DNA of 63,275 bases, counting the filler, from Asterionella formosa (taxonomy: Eukaryota): assembly GCA_002256025.1 (NCBI GenBank). It is 9 parts of 9 records of this genome, joined end to end, with 100 filler letters (N's around TTAATTAATTAA, not from the genome) between each part and the next. Parts side by side here need not be neighbours in the genome. Positions count along the whole stretch, not along the records: positions 1 to 18,516 come from NKIB01003998.1; positions 18,617 to 19,772 come from NKIB01004002.1; positions 19,873 to 38,386 come from NKIB01004003.1; 6 more parts are not named here. The stretch is one strand, 5' to 3'. Every line of letters begins with the position of its first letter. The stretch's first letter is position 1. A program made the translations under genes and the position numbers. Below the pieces are notes generated by a model. It searched no databases. It was not told where the DNA came from and was given only the letters and a program-made list of their open reading frames with translations. Below, piece after piece: positions 12,904 through 23,810 of this stretch.

Positions 12904-14137
12904 GTTGGATATGATGATTTTCTTCTTTAGTGTAGCAATAGAACTTGACTGTAACAAGTGAAGGAAATTTTTTTATGAGACAAAAACAAAATGAAAATAA
13001 TAATGGTTCGTTTGCAAATCAGAAGCAAAGTACTACCTAGTATTGTCTCCACGAGGCAGGTGTGCGTACGTCACTGACGAGGAGGATTGCAACTGATGCA
13101 CTACGAGGGCTACGTTCTTCTCTGTTGAAGTAGATCAAACTGAACACTGAAATGAGGGCTCCAAAAGATTCTTTGTATACAACATTGGAGCGAGACGAGT
13201 ATTGAAATCCATGACTGTTGCCTCCTGGTGTCGAAAAAAGTGGGGTTTTCTCACTCACGCACGCACATCTTGCAAATCTTGGCTGCATGTGCATTCGATA
13301 CCTGAAAATATGCCTAGGTATTTCTCACGCACGTCTTGATAGTCTTTTGGTCTCATGTTCATTGAAAAGTATTTTGTCGACAACCTACTGCCTACTGGTA
13401 CACATGGTCGTTGTGTCAGTATCAGGTACCATAGTACCATGTACTACCGGTAAGTGATACCGATTCGCCTAATGATGACATTCTAGAAGTGAACGAACCA
13501 TACCATGAAATCAATAAGTGCTGTAGAGACTAATACCATTATTATCAATGGTAAATAAATATAGTCTAAAAACATGGAATTTATATTGTGGCAAATTTTA
13601 ACCTTCAGTCACGGGGGATGATAGTGTCATGAATGGATTTATATGTGTATGACACACAGGAGACATCAATGCAAGTACTTATAAAAAAGGCAGAGTGCGA
13701 ATATTTAGGAAACAACTCAGGAATCCCACGTGAGATCCTAAATAGATGGCGATGTCGTGTTGTTCTCTTTGATGAGACATCAGCCTATACAACCGCACGT
13801 GACAACGTGAATTGCGAACGCCACTATCAGCATCTGCATAAAAATTGCGAATGCTACGACTTTCACCAACGTTGGGGAAGTATGGAGTTACAACTACCAT
13901 AGCAAATGACAGGTAGAAAAAGGAAAGAAATCCATCGTCGCGATAAATTGAACTGTCACTGAAGAGGTACTCCTGGGACATACGGAAAACGTGCATGTAC
14001 ACATGGACGAGTGAGTTTTTGATGCACGTTTCAAAATTCGCCGCAACAACTAAAGGTGTTATACGTTCACGTCCTTTTGGATGAGCCGCCGGGGTAAAAT
14101 GCGTGCACGCCGGCCTTCCCACTGAGGAAACTTTTAA

Positions 14138-14282
14138 CTTAAGCAGGAAACTGACATCTTGCTTAAACGAAACTTAAGCAGGAAACTGACATCTTGCTTA
14201 AACGGATCTTAAGCAGGAAACTAACATCTTGCTTTAGCTTAAGCAGCAAATGTCAATCTTGCTTAAACTTAAGCAGCAAACG
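14138..14282. repeat. Tandem array of ~4.5 palindromic 30-35-bp units
   Basis: Units begin CTTAAGCAG at 14138, 14173, 14208, 14238, 14268; each full unit reads TTAAGCAG(G/C)A-loop-TCTTGCTT(A/T)A. Confidence 0.95.
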
Positions 14283-15297
14283 AACTTCTAAAATACATTA
14301 GGGTTAGGGGAAGTCTTTTTTTCACCCTGCCAGCAGGATGGAGAGGAGCTAACTCAACGACGTGTTCTCTCTCGGAAAACCTTCATGTTCTTGTCAGCCC
14401 ATCGACTGTGACGTAGGAAGTCAATAATGAAAAATGGAAAACATTTTTGTTAGACTACCGATACTATTTTTACAAATTAAATACCGGTGGTACGATTCCT
14501 TTATGGAAATTAGTTAGTTTTTAAAGCTATTGTGGACTCAATTAAAATGTACTCTGAGTATGGTGACTGTGGCGGTGGAAACAACGAAATGACGATGACC
14601 ATCACATGGTGATCCAACTATTCTAAACAGATAAATAATGAAATATACATCAATTTTTGTTTTGGGCCTGATCTCTTGTAGGCAATGGAGCATTGTAGAA
14701 AGGCGAATATGTACGAATAAAACGGGTTTCAATGCGACCTCGAGGCATCGAGATATCGTTCTATGTCGTCGAGCCCAGTTGTAGGTTTCCGATTTTACTG
14801 TTTCTGCTACGGTATATCTAAACGAATGTGGTATCTACAATTAAAATCGTTTACAATTCGGTAGCGGCTATACGATTCTATCTATTTGACTAGTATACAA
14901 TGACAAATGAGGGAAAGATGACATGATGTCAGCGATTTGTTGTAATTGTTTCTGACATGATGTCGATGAACGATGTCTTGTACCATTACCGTTACCGGTA
15001 TACCGGTATCTATATAGCACTGTTTCAAGGGTCCTCAATTTTCAGGGTGCAAACCGGTATATAAATAGACGAACGCAATATACGGGAATACTGACTCGCA
15101 GATGAGCGAAACTTAATGTGATGCAAAAACCAGTAGGCACGGAATCTCCAATCAGGTACAGTGCTGGTAACGTACCAGCAATGCAAACAACGCGTTTGCA
15201 TTGTGATTTTCACTCCCATTGGCATCGCATTTTAGGGTTATAGAAACCAAAACACTGTTTGGTTGCCTTTTTAGTCCAAGGTTATATCGAACCAGCC

Positions 15298-17620
15298 TTA
15301 AGGTTCCTGCATTTCAACCCTAGTTTAGAGGTAGGGTTAAAAATGTAATAATATTGAGTCAGAGTACTCAAACACACACTTCTTACGAGTAAAACATTGA
15401 TGTGTATCGCTAAACGGAGCTTTCACCAATATACACCCTTTCCATATGTTTAGATACAGTCATTGACAAAAGTAGGGGCACAGGTCAACGCTATATATCG
15501 TCAGGATATAGGATCTGGCGAGAAACTGCAGAAAGGAACTTCGGTTTTTAAACTGTGCTATAAAGACTTTGACTTTGTCTCTATATAATTTTTTAAACAT
15601 TATTCTACAGTTTAATAGTTTAACCCATCAATAGTAACAACAAAAGATATAGACAACAACATCAACATGCCACGCTCTAGTGGTGGCCGTCTTGTTTCCG
15701 AAATTGGAACTGCTGGACATGGAGGTCAAAATGTCATCTGCGATGAAAATCAGAATTGGTGGTCATTGTCATAAACATACTCGCCCCCTCTCCCCACAAT
15801 TAAAGCGACTAAATAACAACAGAAACAACTACCATCTGAACAGCAGAATAGGAACCACTTTATCGACTGTAATTTATTCACCAGATTGTTGAATGACAAT
15901 GTGATTTGCAAGAGTTGTGTAAATGCATATGTCAAAGAATATTGTAAACAAACAGTACAAGACTTTGTAACTTATTTTCAAAGTGATAGTGCCTATCACA
16001 TTAGCATAAATCTGAAATCTGAATCCTTCTTGGAAAAAGCGTTTCTATCCACAGAAATCCCATGCATCCCATGCATCCCACAACCGTTGATTGTTGTGTC
16101 CTCTAAGAACTTAGGGTTGGCAAGCGAAATACAAATCAGCTGTCTGACCTGCCAGAAAGTGATAGCTAAACTTGAATCTGCAAGAAGCGATAAAACCAAA
16201 GACAATGGTGAGATAATAAATAAGGAAATTGAAGCAAAACACTTTTCAATCAACTAACAATTTATATTGGGTTGTCATGAGGCGGGATTGGGACCTGGCG
16301 ATGCAGACATCATTTGTTCTGCAATGAACTTGTTACCGATTCCAGTTGGGTACTGGTCAACGCAAGGAAACTTCTGTGCTGTTGAGGAGCTTGTTGGGAA
16401 AGCCCAACTAGAAACAACAGCTCTTGCGATGCAAGAGGCATGTGACACTCAATGTGCATGAACGAGTCGATTGGGCAGACAAAGGACATGATTTCCAGTG
16501 GTGAAAGTCACTATCTGGTACTGAATGTACGGCTGTGCAGAATATGCCACACCTGACAGTTAGTTACGATATGGGCTGGCAGCAGCGATCAAGTGGAAAT
16601 AAGTACAACTCCGTAAGTGGGCATGCATTCTGCATCGGTGGCTACACAAGAAAGATACTAGACTATCGAGTAAAATCAAAGGTCTGTAACATGTGCAACA
16701 GGGCTATACGGTAAAAGAAACCTATCAAGCATCATGTTTGTTCCAAGATTCACATAACTGAAAGTTCGAAGGCAATGGAATCAGATGCGGGTGTGGAAAT
16801 GATGATTGATGCCATTACTAAATACAATGTTATCTACTCTACAATAATCTGTGATGATGATTCTACAATTCGAGCTGTGTCGAAATAGTCCTATAAGGAT
16901 TTATTAACTCTACAGCCTGCATTTGAATCGCCAAGACCATTAAATGAAAAAAACCGACAAAAGTTGCCTTCCACTACATGGTGTCCTAGAACCGCGATTC
17001 CTTTCTGATTCATCGCACCGGGTCTGCATACTTCTCTACCCTGCCTTTTTAAAATTCAATGGCCCAGTCTCCCTCAAGAGTCCATCAAGCAAAAGCAGAT
17101 TGTCTCCACTTGAAAATATATTATGGAGCATGGATTAAAAAAACCCGGAACCTATCATTGATTGATTTTACGGAATCATCAAAGGCACCAATCAACCACT
17201 TGTTTGGCTGCCATGACTTTTGTTCTGAGACATGGTGTCCTGTGAAAGCAGGAAAAATGTTAGCAATGGAAAATATCACGATATGAAAACAGAAAGACCA
17301 TTGTATGATTGGTTAATGTTTAATGTTGCAGCAAAAATCGAAGGCGAAAAGCTTTTATCATAGTATCATCCCTTCGATACACAGATTAACGAAGCAATGA
17401 ATAATGCAGTTTCAAGACTATGTCCAAAAAACAAAGTGTTTGCAGGATCTGGTAGCCTACACTATAGAGTGGCTTCGGTTGCAGGACAACAAACACAAGA
17501 AGTCACAAAATACATGAACGATGTCTACAGACAATGTGGAATGGTTATGTCAAAACTGCAAGAATCCTTCTGAAGGCAAAAGGAAAAGCGACGGAATGAA
17601 GATGCAGTCTACAAGGCGCA
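15298..17620 (+). mobile_element. Mutator-like (MULE) DNA transposon: decayed transposase plus left terminal sequence
   Basis: Fragments VICKSC, GLASEIQISCLTC, SYDMGWQQRSSGNKYNSVSGHAFCIGGYTRKILDYRVKSKVCNMC, SSKAMESDAG, ICDDDSTIRA, HLFGCHDFCSETWCP, DTQINEAMNNAVSRLCPK; blocks 15298-15321 and 15527-15559 recur at 45488-45551. Confidence 0.88.
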
Positions 17621-18516
17621 ATTCAGGCCAATCAAATGGAGGTAATATAAGTAATTCACATCAACCAATTGTATTTTACACCTGGAAGCAGCCACTTACA
17701 ATGGAATTTTTTGGACAGGAGATTTTTGGACTAAAAATTCCGGCACATGTCTACTATTCCGATGATATAAACCTGGTAACCAGTCGATAGGAGCAAATGG
17801 CACACAGTAGGTACATGGTAGAACCGGTATTGTTGCTAGCTTTGTGCACTGTACTGGAGTTCTAGTAAACAACTTCATCATTGCTTAAATAGTATTTCCT
17901 AGAGTGTTAACATTTGCTTTTCTGGATTTACTCTGCTAAATTAATGTTTATAATGTGACATGATACTGGCATGTATACTTATATTTAGTAGTATTTAATA
18001 TTCCTCTTGTGTCAGAGTGTGTCTGTTAGGCTGTTGATGTCGACAGGTGTCCGAAGACTAGATGTAGTCTGAGGAATTTCTAAATGGAAATAGACAGGAT
18101 TTATATAGCAAAAACAATATGCAGAAGAGCGGTGCGAGAAAGATCTTTTTTACCGGTCATTCCATGGAAGTACTGGAGCGCGCTAGTAGAAGAGGCGCCA
18201 TATATATCAGAACTTTTGTTCGCGTACATACATGTACCGGTAGTCGTCCATGGCGGATCCCACGGAACACACGGCTGTGGCAAGAACGAAAAGCAATAAT
18301 CAAATCATAAGACCGCTTATTTATTGACTGTCAAACGTCGAGACGAGGAAGAACAACACCAACAACAGCAACAGCCACAGCCACAGCATCAGCATCAGCA
18401 TCAGACATGGTTCATATTTGTATGTGACCAGGAATGCAGCAGAATGTTCGACTTGTGCCTGACCAAACAGTCGATCTCACCATTGCGCTCTTCTTTCGTT
18501 CAGCGGTAGCAGCGTA

Positions 18517-18616
18517 NNNNNNNNNNNNNNNNNNNNNNNNNNNNNNNNNNNNNNNNNNNNTTAATTAATTAANNNNNNNNNNNNNNNNNNNNNNNNNNNN
18601 NNNNNNNNNNNNNNNN
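18517..18616. other. Artificial contig linker
   Basis: N44-TTAATTAATTAA-N44 (stop codons in all six frames). Confidence 0.99.
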
Positions 18617-18626
18617 AAAAAAATTC

Positions 18627-19772
18627 TTACTTCCATCTTTCCCCATAGGAATCAAGCAAAAACGAAACTAGTGATGGAGGGATACGCTCTGTATCATTTG
18701 CTTTTGTGTTAATGGCATTTCCGAATCTTTTGCAAATAGCAACTGAGTTTTGCTCTGGAGTGGAACCAGGCGACAAATACATGTGAAGTCTCAATGCACC
18801 ATTGCTTAGGTGATTATCCATAGCACCTGCATGAACTGTGTCACCTCGCATTAAGAAGATGTACTTGAAGGGAATGCGAAGAAGCATCGCATGTTGGTTT
18901 ACATGTTCCATGGCATGTTGCTTGAATTCCGCTTTACCTGTACCTTTTCGATCTAAAATGAGGTTAGACTCAAATGACTCGCCATCCCAGACATTTATAG
19001 AGAAACCACCAGCACCTAGGGACATATCCAATCCCCAAGGAAGGCACTTTTCGAAGTCATTGACTACCAGTTCTGCCTGCTGATAGTCAAAATGTGGCTC
19101 CTGAGAAACATTTGAGTGATTTACAGCAGTGTGCAACAATGTACAGGTGTGAGGCATACTCTTCCTGACATATGTTGCGTCACTTACAAGTGATTGCAGC
19201 ACAGAACCGGGAATGACCATAGACAAAGTTTTCCAAAACATGTCGATATTGTTGGAAAGTAATGTATTCGAGATCACCATCTTGTCAGTGAATGCTCCAT
19301 AGGCAATCAATGACATTACCTTGCCTGTCATTTGCCTATAGCAATCACGACAGAGTATGGTTTTAGAACCGAATGTGTTCTTGATGAGTGAATTGGTAGC
19401 CTCATCATTTCTGAGGTTCCCTAAAATTTGTTTAAAGCCCAGGTCAAGAAAAGGACAATCTTTTGTTCCGAAAAATTGGTCCGGGAGGAAAGACAAATTC
19501 AACAAAAATATCTTGGAAGATAGAGTCCCTTCAATCTGTAGCATGAAATCATCATCAATAATCAAATGAACAGTTTTCATCGCGTCTGCAACTTTTTGTA
19601 AGAAAATGTTGAGATGTTTAATGCGGTCACATTGGTTCGAAGGCCAAACCTCATCAACAAAGCTTCTAGCAAACTTGAAATTGCTATGATCAATAACAAG
19701 TGCATGCCATCCAATCTTCTTTCCGCCCTTCTTTTTAATGAAAGTTGACGAATTCACTGACTCCAGTCTCCT
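18627..19772 (-). CDS. 2OG-Fe(II) dioxygenase-domain protein (PhyH-like), 5'-partial
   Basis: ORF open to the contig edge; HxD motif QEPHFDY, distal His in MRGDTVHAG, Arg in ALRLHMYL. Confidence 0.72.
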   Translation of the reverse strand, partial: RRLESVNSSTFIKKKGGKKIGWHALVIDHSNFKFARSFVDEVWPSNQCDRIKHLNIFLQKVADAMKTVHLIIDDDFMLQIEGTLSSKIFLLNLSFLPDQFFGTKDCPFLDLGFKQILGNLRNDEATNSLIKNTFGSKTILCRDCYRQMTGKVMSLIAYGAFTDKMVISNTLLSNNIDMFWKTLSMVIPGSVLQSLVSDATYVRKSMPHTCTLLHTAVNHSNVSQEPHFDYQQAELVVNDFEKCLPWGLDMSLGAGGFSINVWDGESFESNLILDRKGTGKAEFKQHAMEHVNQHAMLLRIPFKYIFLMRGDTVHAGAMDNHLSNGALRLHMYLSPGSTPEQNSVAICKRFGNAINTKANDTERIPPSLVSFLLDSYGERWK

Positions 19773-19872
19773 NNNNNNNNNNNNNNNNNNNNNNNNNNNN
19801 NNNNNNNNNNNNNNNNTTAATTAATTAANNNNNNNNNNNNNNNNNNNNNNNNNNNNNNNNNNNNNNNNNNNN
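19773..19872. other. Artificial contig linker
   Basis: N44-TTAATTAATTAA-N44. Confidence 0.99.
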
Positions 19873-20691
19873 TGAAGTATTTCAAATAATTATGTGAAGT
19901 ATTTCAAATAATTATGTGAAGGTGATCACGTAATATAGTGATGATCAGGAATGCATGCATGATACTCTGATCAAATAATGAACGTGATGTATTCAGATAA
20001 TATATAGATATATTCAAGTAAGCATTTTGATGTATTCAACTAATTCATGTGATCCATTCAAAATCAACTAGGCTTATTTACGTGATGGTCACTTCACATA
20101 ATACGCGGCTTAGATGCTGTCCACAACCAGTTGCCTCAATAATAATGATTATTTTTATCAAGGAAAATTTTGACTCAACAAATTTCTCCGGTTCAATTGC
20201 CCTATTGTGTGCCTTGCTCAAAGCAACAGATTGATGTTTTAAAAGTGACTGCTACATTTGACAACAATGTTTTTATGCCTGCTCGATTAGTGCTTTTGGC
20301 CTGTATCTCGAGAAAAATGGACTTGCATGAGGAACCTTTTTGCCACCACCTCTTCTCAACAAGCATATGAGGAGAGATCAAACGCAACGAGAGAATCAAT
20401 TTGTGTTGGATAATGGATTGTGAAATCTCAAAGGAGGACCTGATGGGGAGGACAAAATAGATTGTAGGGTCATTTTAGTGCATGAATTTGGTAAATATGT
20501 GGTGGGCTGGTTCAAAGTTGATAGCAACCAATACCATGTATTTGGAACCGCACTCGAAAATAGTAGGGTTTGCTGGTAAGGATTTTTCATTTCCAGTGCC
20601 ATTATGGCTGCATATCTAACGATTCCAACTATTTTTAAAAATATATAAAAATTCTTAAACATTTTAGCATTCAATTGCTAAAGGACTCGGC

Positions 20692-20865
20692 ATTGTGGAG
20701 GTTTTTACTGTACTTTGGCTGCCCAAAGGGCCATAACTTGCATGTTGCCAGCAAGACACCCCAGCACCCTAGAGGGTACTTAATCAAAGCAGGTGAAGAA
20801 TGCGGGAATCTAACCCACCACCTCAGAAGGTGTGCTAACCACCACCAGTAAGCTATGTATTCCCC
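20692..20865 (-). mobile_element. tRNA-derived SINE-like element, copy A (tail type 1)
   Basis: Minus strand: GGGGAATACATAGCTTACTGG..GGTTAGCACACCTTCTGAGGTGGTGGGTTAGATTCCCGCATTCTTCACCTGCTTTG..CTAGGGTGCTGGGGTGT..AACCTCCACAAT; A/B-box-like motifs; aligns with copy B throughout. Confidence 0.75.
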
Positions 20866-20897
20866 CTGTTTTAACATATATAATAGCCCTGGTCACT

Positions 20898-21056
20898 GGG
20901 GAATAGCTTAGTTGTTTACCTCACTTTCCGAGGTGGCGGGTTCGATTCCCGCATTCTCCACCTGCTTTGTTTATGTAGTTCCTTGTGCTCCGGGTGGTAA
21001 ACCACGCAGGTCTAATGCCCTATGGGGCCACAGTGCGACTTAATAACCTCCACAAT
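20898..21056 (+). mobile_element. tRNA-derived SINE-like element, copy B (tail type 1)
   Basis: GGGGAATAGCTTAGTTG (A box), GGTTCGATTCC (B box, 20939-20949), GCATTCTCCA (acceptor-like end, 20960); no proper anticodon arm; ~95-nt body ending AACCTCCACAAT. Confidence 0.78.
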
Positions 21057-22149
21057 TGTCTAGTTCTTTTATTAAAGCGTACTATAAAATTTAAATATAC
21101 CTTTACAAGCCCGGACCATTTATGGTTCATTTACAAACATAGATTAGAACATCAATTATTGGTAGTCTATTTTATCTATATAGCAGTAGAAACACTATTA
21201 TCTAAGTGATCACCTATTTTAAGAAAAGATTTCTTACTTCAAAGCATCTTCAATCAGTTGATTTCCTCTACAAACACATATAGAAGCGCAATTCTTTGCT
21301 TAATCTCGCTTATTCATTCGTCTTTTCTTTTGATCCTCAGAGTCCTTTACCAGTTCAACTACTACAGCAGTAGAAATAACCTGCTGCACTGACTCAAACA
21401 TGTCAAGCGCAATTCTCTTGAAAAGTTACCGAACCCTGCACCTTCGACCTCAAGGATGGACTAGGTCACACTCCATTGTTGCCTGGCTGGATTGCAACCT
21501 CAAGTTCTCGGAGGAGCTTGTCCAGGACCTTACACCACTTGAAGTGAACCATTGATTTAACTTTCAATACTAATACACAACAGTGATGACGAGCAGAGCT
21601 TAACATCAAGCCAATGATCAAACCATCAGGGACAGACGAGATGACGTTCACCAATGTCCATTTTGGCAATAATAATGAATGATGATGATTAAAATCATGA
21701 TACCACTAGCAAAATCAATTCATAAGCATTGCTTGATATATACATGGACACAATGAATATATGTATGATTAATACATTTTTATGAGCTTATTTAGAATAA
21801 AATAGTAGAATTACAGAAACAGAATTTATACTCACTCACATCTATGTAACTCATTAAAAACGGTTTTTAGGGGTTTTCTTATCATTTTCGATTTGGCATC
21901 ATATGTTTTGAAAAATCATCATGCAACGGCTACTCGATTTAAACAGAAAAAATACATTCTCCAAAAAAACCATGAACAAAATTGTACCACCAAAAAGTAC
22001 CAAGAAAATTTTGCGGTTACTGGCCTGCTACAATCATGTGCAAATCCCTCCAGATTTCCCTCCAGACTACTTCGATAATTTTCCATTACTAAAACCATGT
22101 GGGAAAACTACGTGTATTATATACCGGTATAGAATCTATAGTTGATATA

Positions 22150-22346
22150 CCTTGCAGGCGTATTTTCGGTTGTTTTACTAGTGACAATGGAAATGATACC
22201 CGTGTGAAAACATCAGTATCACTGATACCGTTTTTGGAGGGCACAAAAAAGGTATCAATTTTGTATCAATGATACAAAATTGATACCATCAAGTTACCGT
22301 TGCTGATACCAAGTTTTGATACCAACCGCCACTTTTTTCCTGCAAC
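22150..22346. repeat. MITE-like patch rich in TGATACC motifs with a perfect 37-bp palindrome
   Basis: GGTATCAATTTTGTATCA-A-TGATACAAAATTGATACC at 22251-22287; further TGATACC copies on both sides; weak terminal inverted match TTGCAGG..CGGTTG / CAACCG..CCTGCAA. Confidence 0.65.
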
Positions 22347-22736
22347 CCGGATATGATGCAGCAAATTCGGAAGATAAGAATGACCCTTACCAAGCCGAAC
22401 CTAATGTAGAAATATTGTATGTTTTTTATGCAATCAGTGTTAAAAATAAGCTGCTCAGCATTTGAGTTGCTACAAACCGTTGCAACTGCAATTGGACAGA
22501 GGGAGTAGCTAGCTAAAAGTAAAGTTTAGATATATACTATTTAAGAGTATTAGATACTTCAAAAATTCTGTGCAAGCCTAGGGAGAGGGGGGGGGTTCTT
22601 ATTATTTTGGATAGTGTATGATGATATTTGAAAAAGTAGCTATCATGCAATGGCAACTCGATTTAAACTGAAAATATTCATTCTCCACATTCAAAAATTA
22701 AAACTTTTCACCCAAAAGTATCATGGATATTCAAAG

Positions 22737-23017
22737 GTTACAGGCTGGCTACAAAGATTTGTCTCTCCCTCCAGACCATTTTGATAGCTAATCAGTATAT
22801 GTACTTGATAAAATCTATATGTAGCCTAAATGAATATACTAGTGGTTTGGTTTGGATGATAAAGTAAACATAGATATATATTTTTTTGTTACAGGCTGGC
22901 TACAAATATTTGTCTCTCCCTCCAGACCATTCTGATAGCTAATCAGTATATGTACTTGATAAAATCTATATGTAGCCTAAATGAATATACTAGTGGTTTG
23001 GTTTGGATGATAAAGTA
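22737..23017. repeat. 130-bp direct duplication (period 151)
   Basis: 22737-22866 and 22888-23017 nearly identical; an older diverged relative of 22640-22790 lies at ~21915-22080. Confidence 0.93.
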
Positions 23018-23810
23018 TATATACATATATATATACTGGGAAATGGTGGCTGGATTCATGGTCAGGATACAGTACCCTAGGTAGCCCTCCTCCTTGGTGC
23101 TAGGATATAATTATTTTTATGGCAAATCCATGACAAAAGGACAGAAAGGGTTATTATTGTGAATCAATTATTGTCCAAGCTTTTTAAACAGTTGCTTTGA
23201 TAGGAATTTCCCCAGGAACTAGAGTTCATCAAAGATAGGCAAGTATTCCTTATCCCATGAGATTCCCCCTGTTGCAACCATCATAGGAGCTTAGTGAATC
23301 GCAGCTTTATTACCAGCTGTCAATATTCGAAAAAATGTCCCGTCTCCGGTAAATGAATAAAACTGAGCATCATTCATTGGTAGTGACTATTTGTTATGAT
23401 GGGCTCGTGATTGAGAGAATGAAAGGTCCATAATTGCCAAACAATAAAAGAAAAACTCATCAACAAACAAAACTGCTAAATTTGACCACAAACAGACAAG
23501 GAATAGTTGCCATGCTCTTATTCAACGGATGGGTGCTGTGAATGAAATGATGGAGCAAAGGCGGATTTTAGAACAGCCTTTCAAAAAGAAACGAGTGTTT
23601 TGATCATTATGCGATCAGACAGAATAACAAACGATCATCACAGATTTCAGTTCTATCGATCCTTGTTTGATTATGGCTCTTCATGTCACTTTTTACTCCC
23701 CAGATTTGTACGATCATGACCTACTCACCTCAAGCGCGTGAATTTGAAAACACAAACTCCAGTGATTCGCAGTACTACCTCGTATCACAAACTGCACCGA
23801 CACAGTACCC

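Noticed and set aside
11782..12930. Long plus-strand ORFs (173 and 200 aa)
   Set aside because: Antisense shadows of the secreted-protein gene with no recognisable motifs.
14138..14282. CRISPR array
   Set aside because: Linkers are only 2-7 nt, there are no cas genes, and the context is eukaryotic.
18324..18509. PolyQ/QH ORF
   Set aside because: Short microsatellite-derived frame at a contig end with no ATG start or domain.
18561..18572. Recurrent TTAATTAATTAA palindrome as a biological site
   Set aside because: Always centred in N runs; it is a six-frame stop linker.
20898..20960. Functional tRNA gene
   Set aside because: Only ~63 nt, no canonical anticodon arm, degenerate D arm, and it continues into a body shared with other repeat copies.
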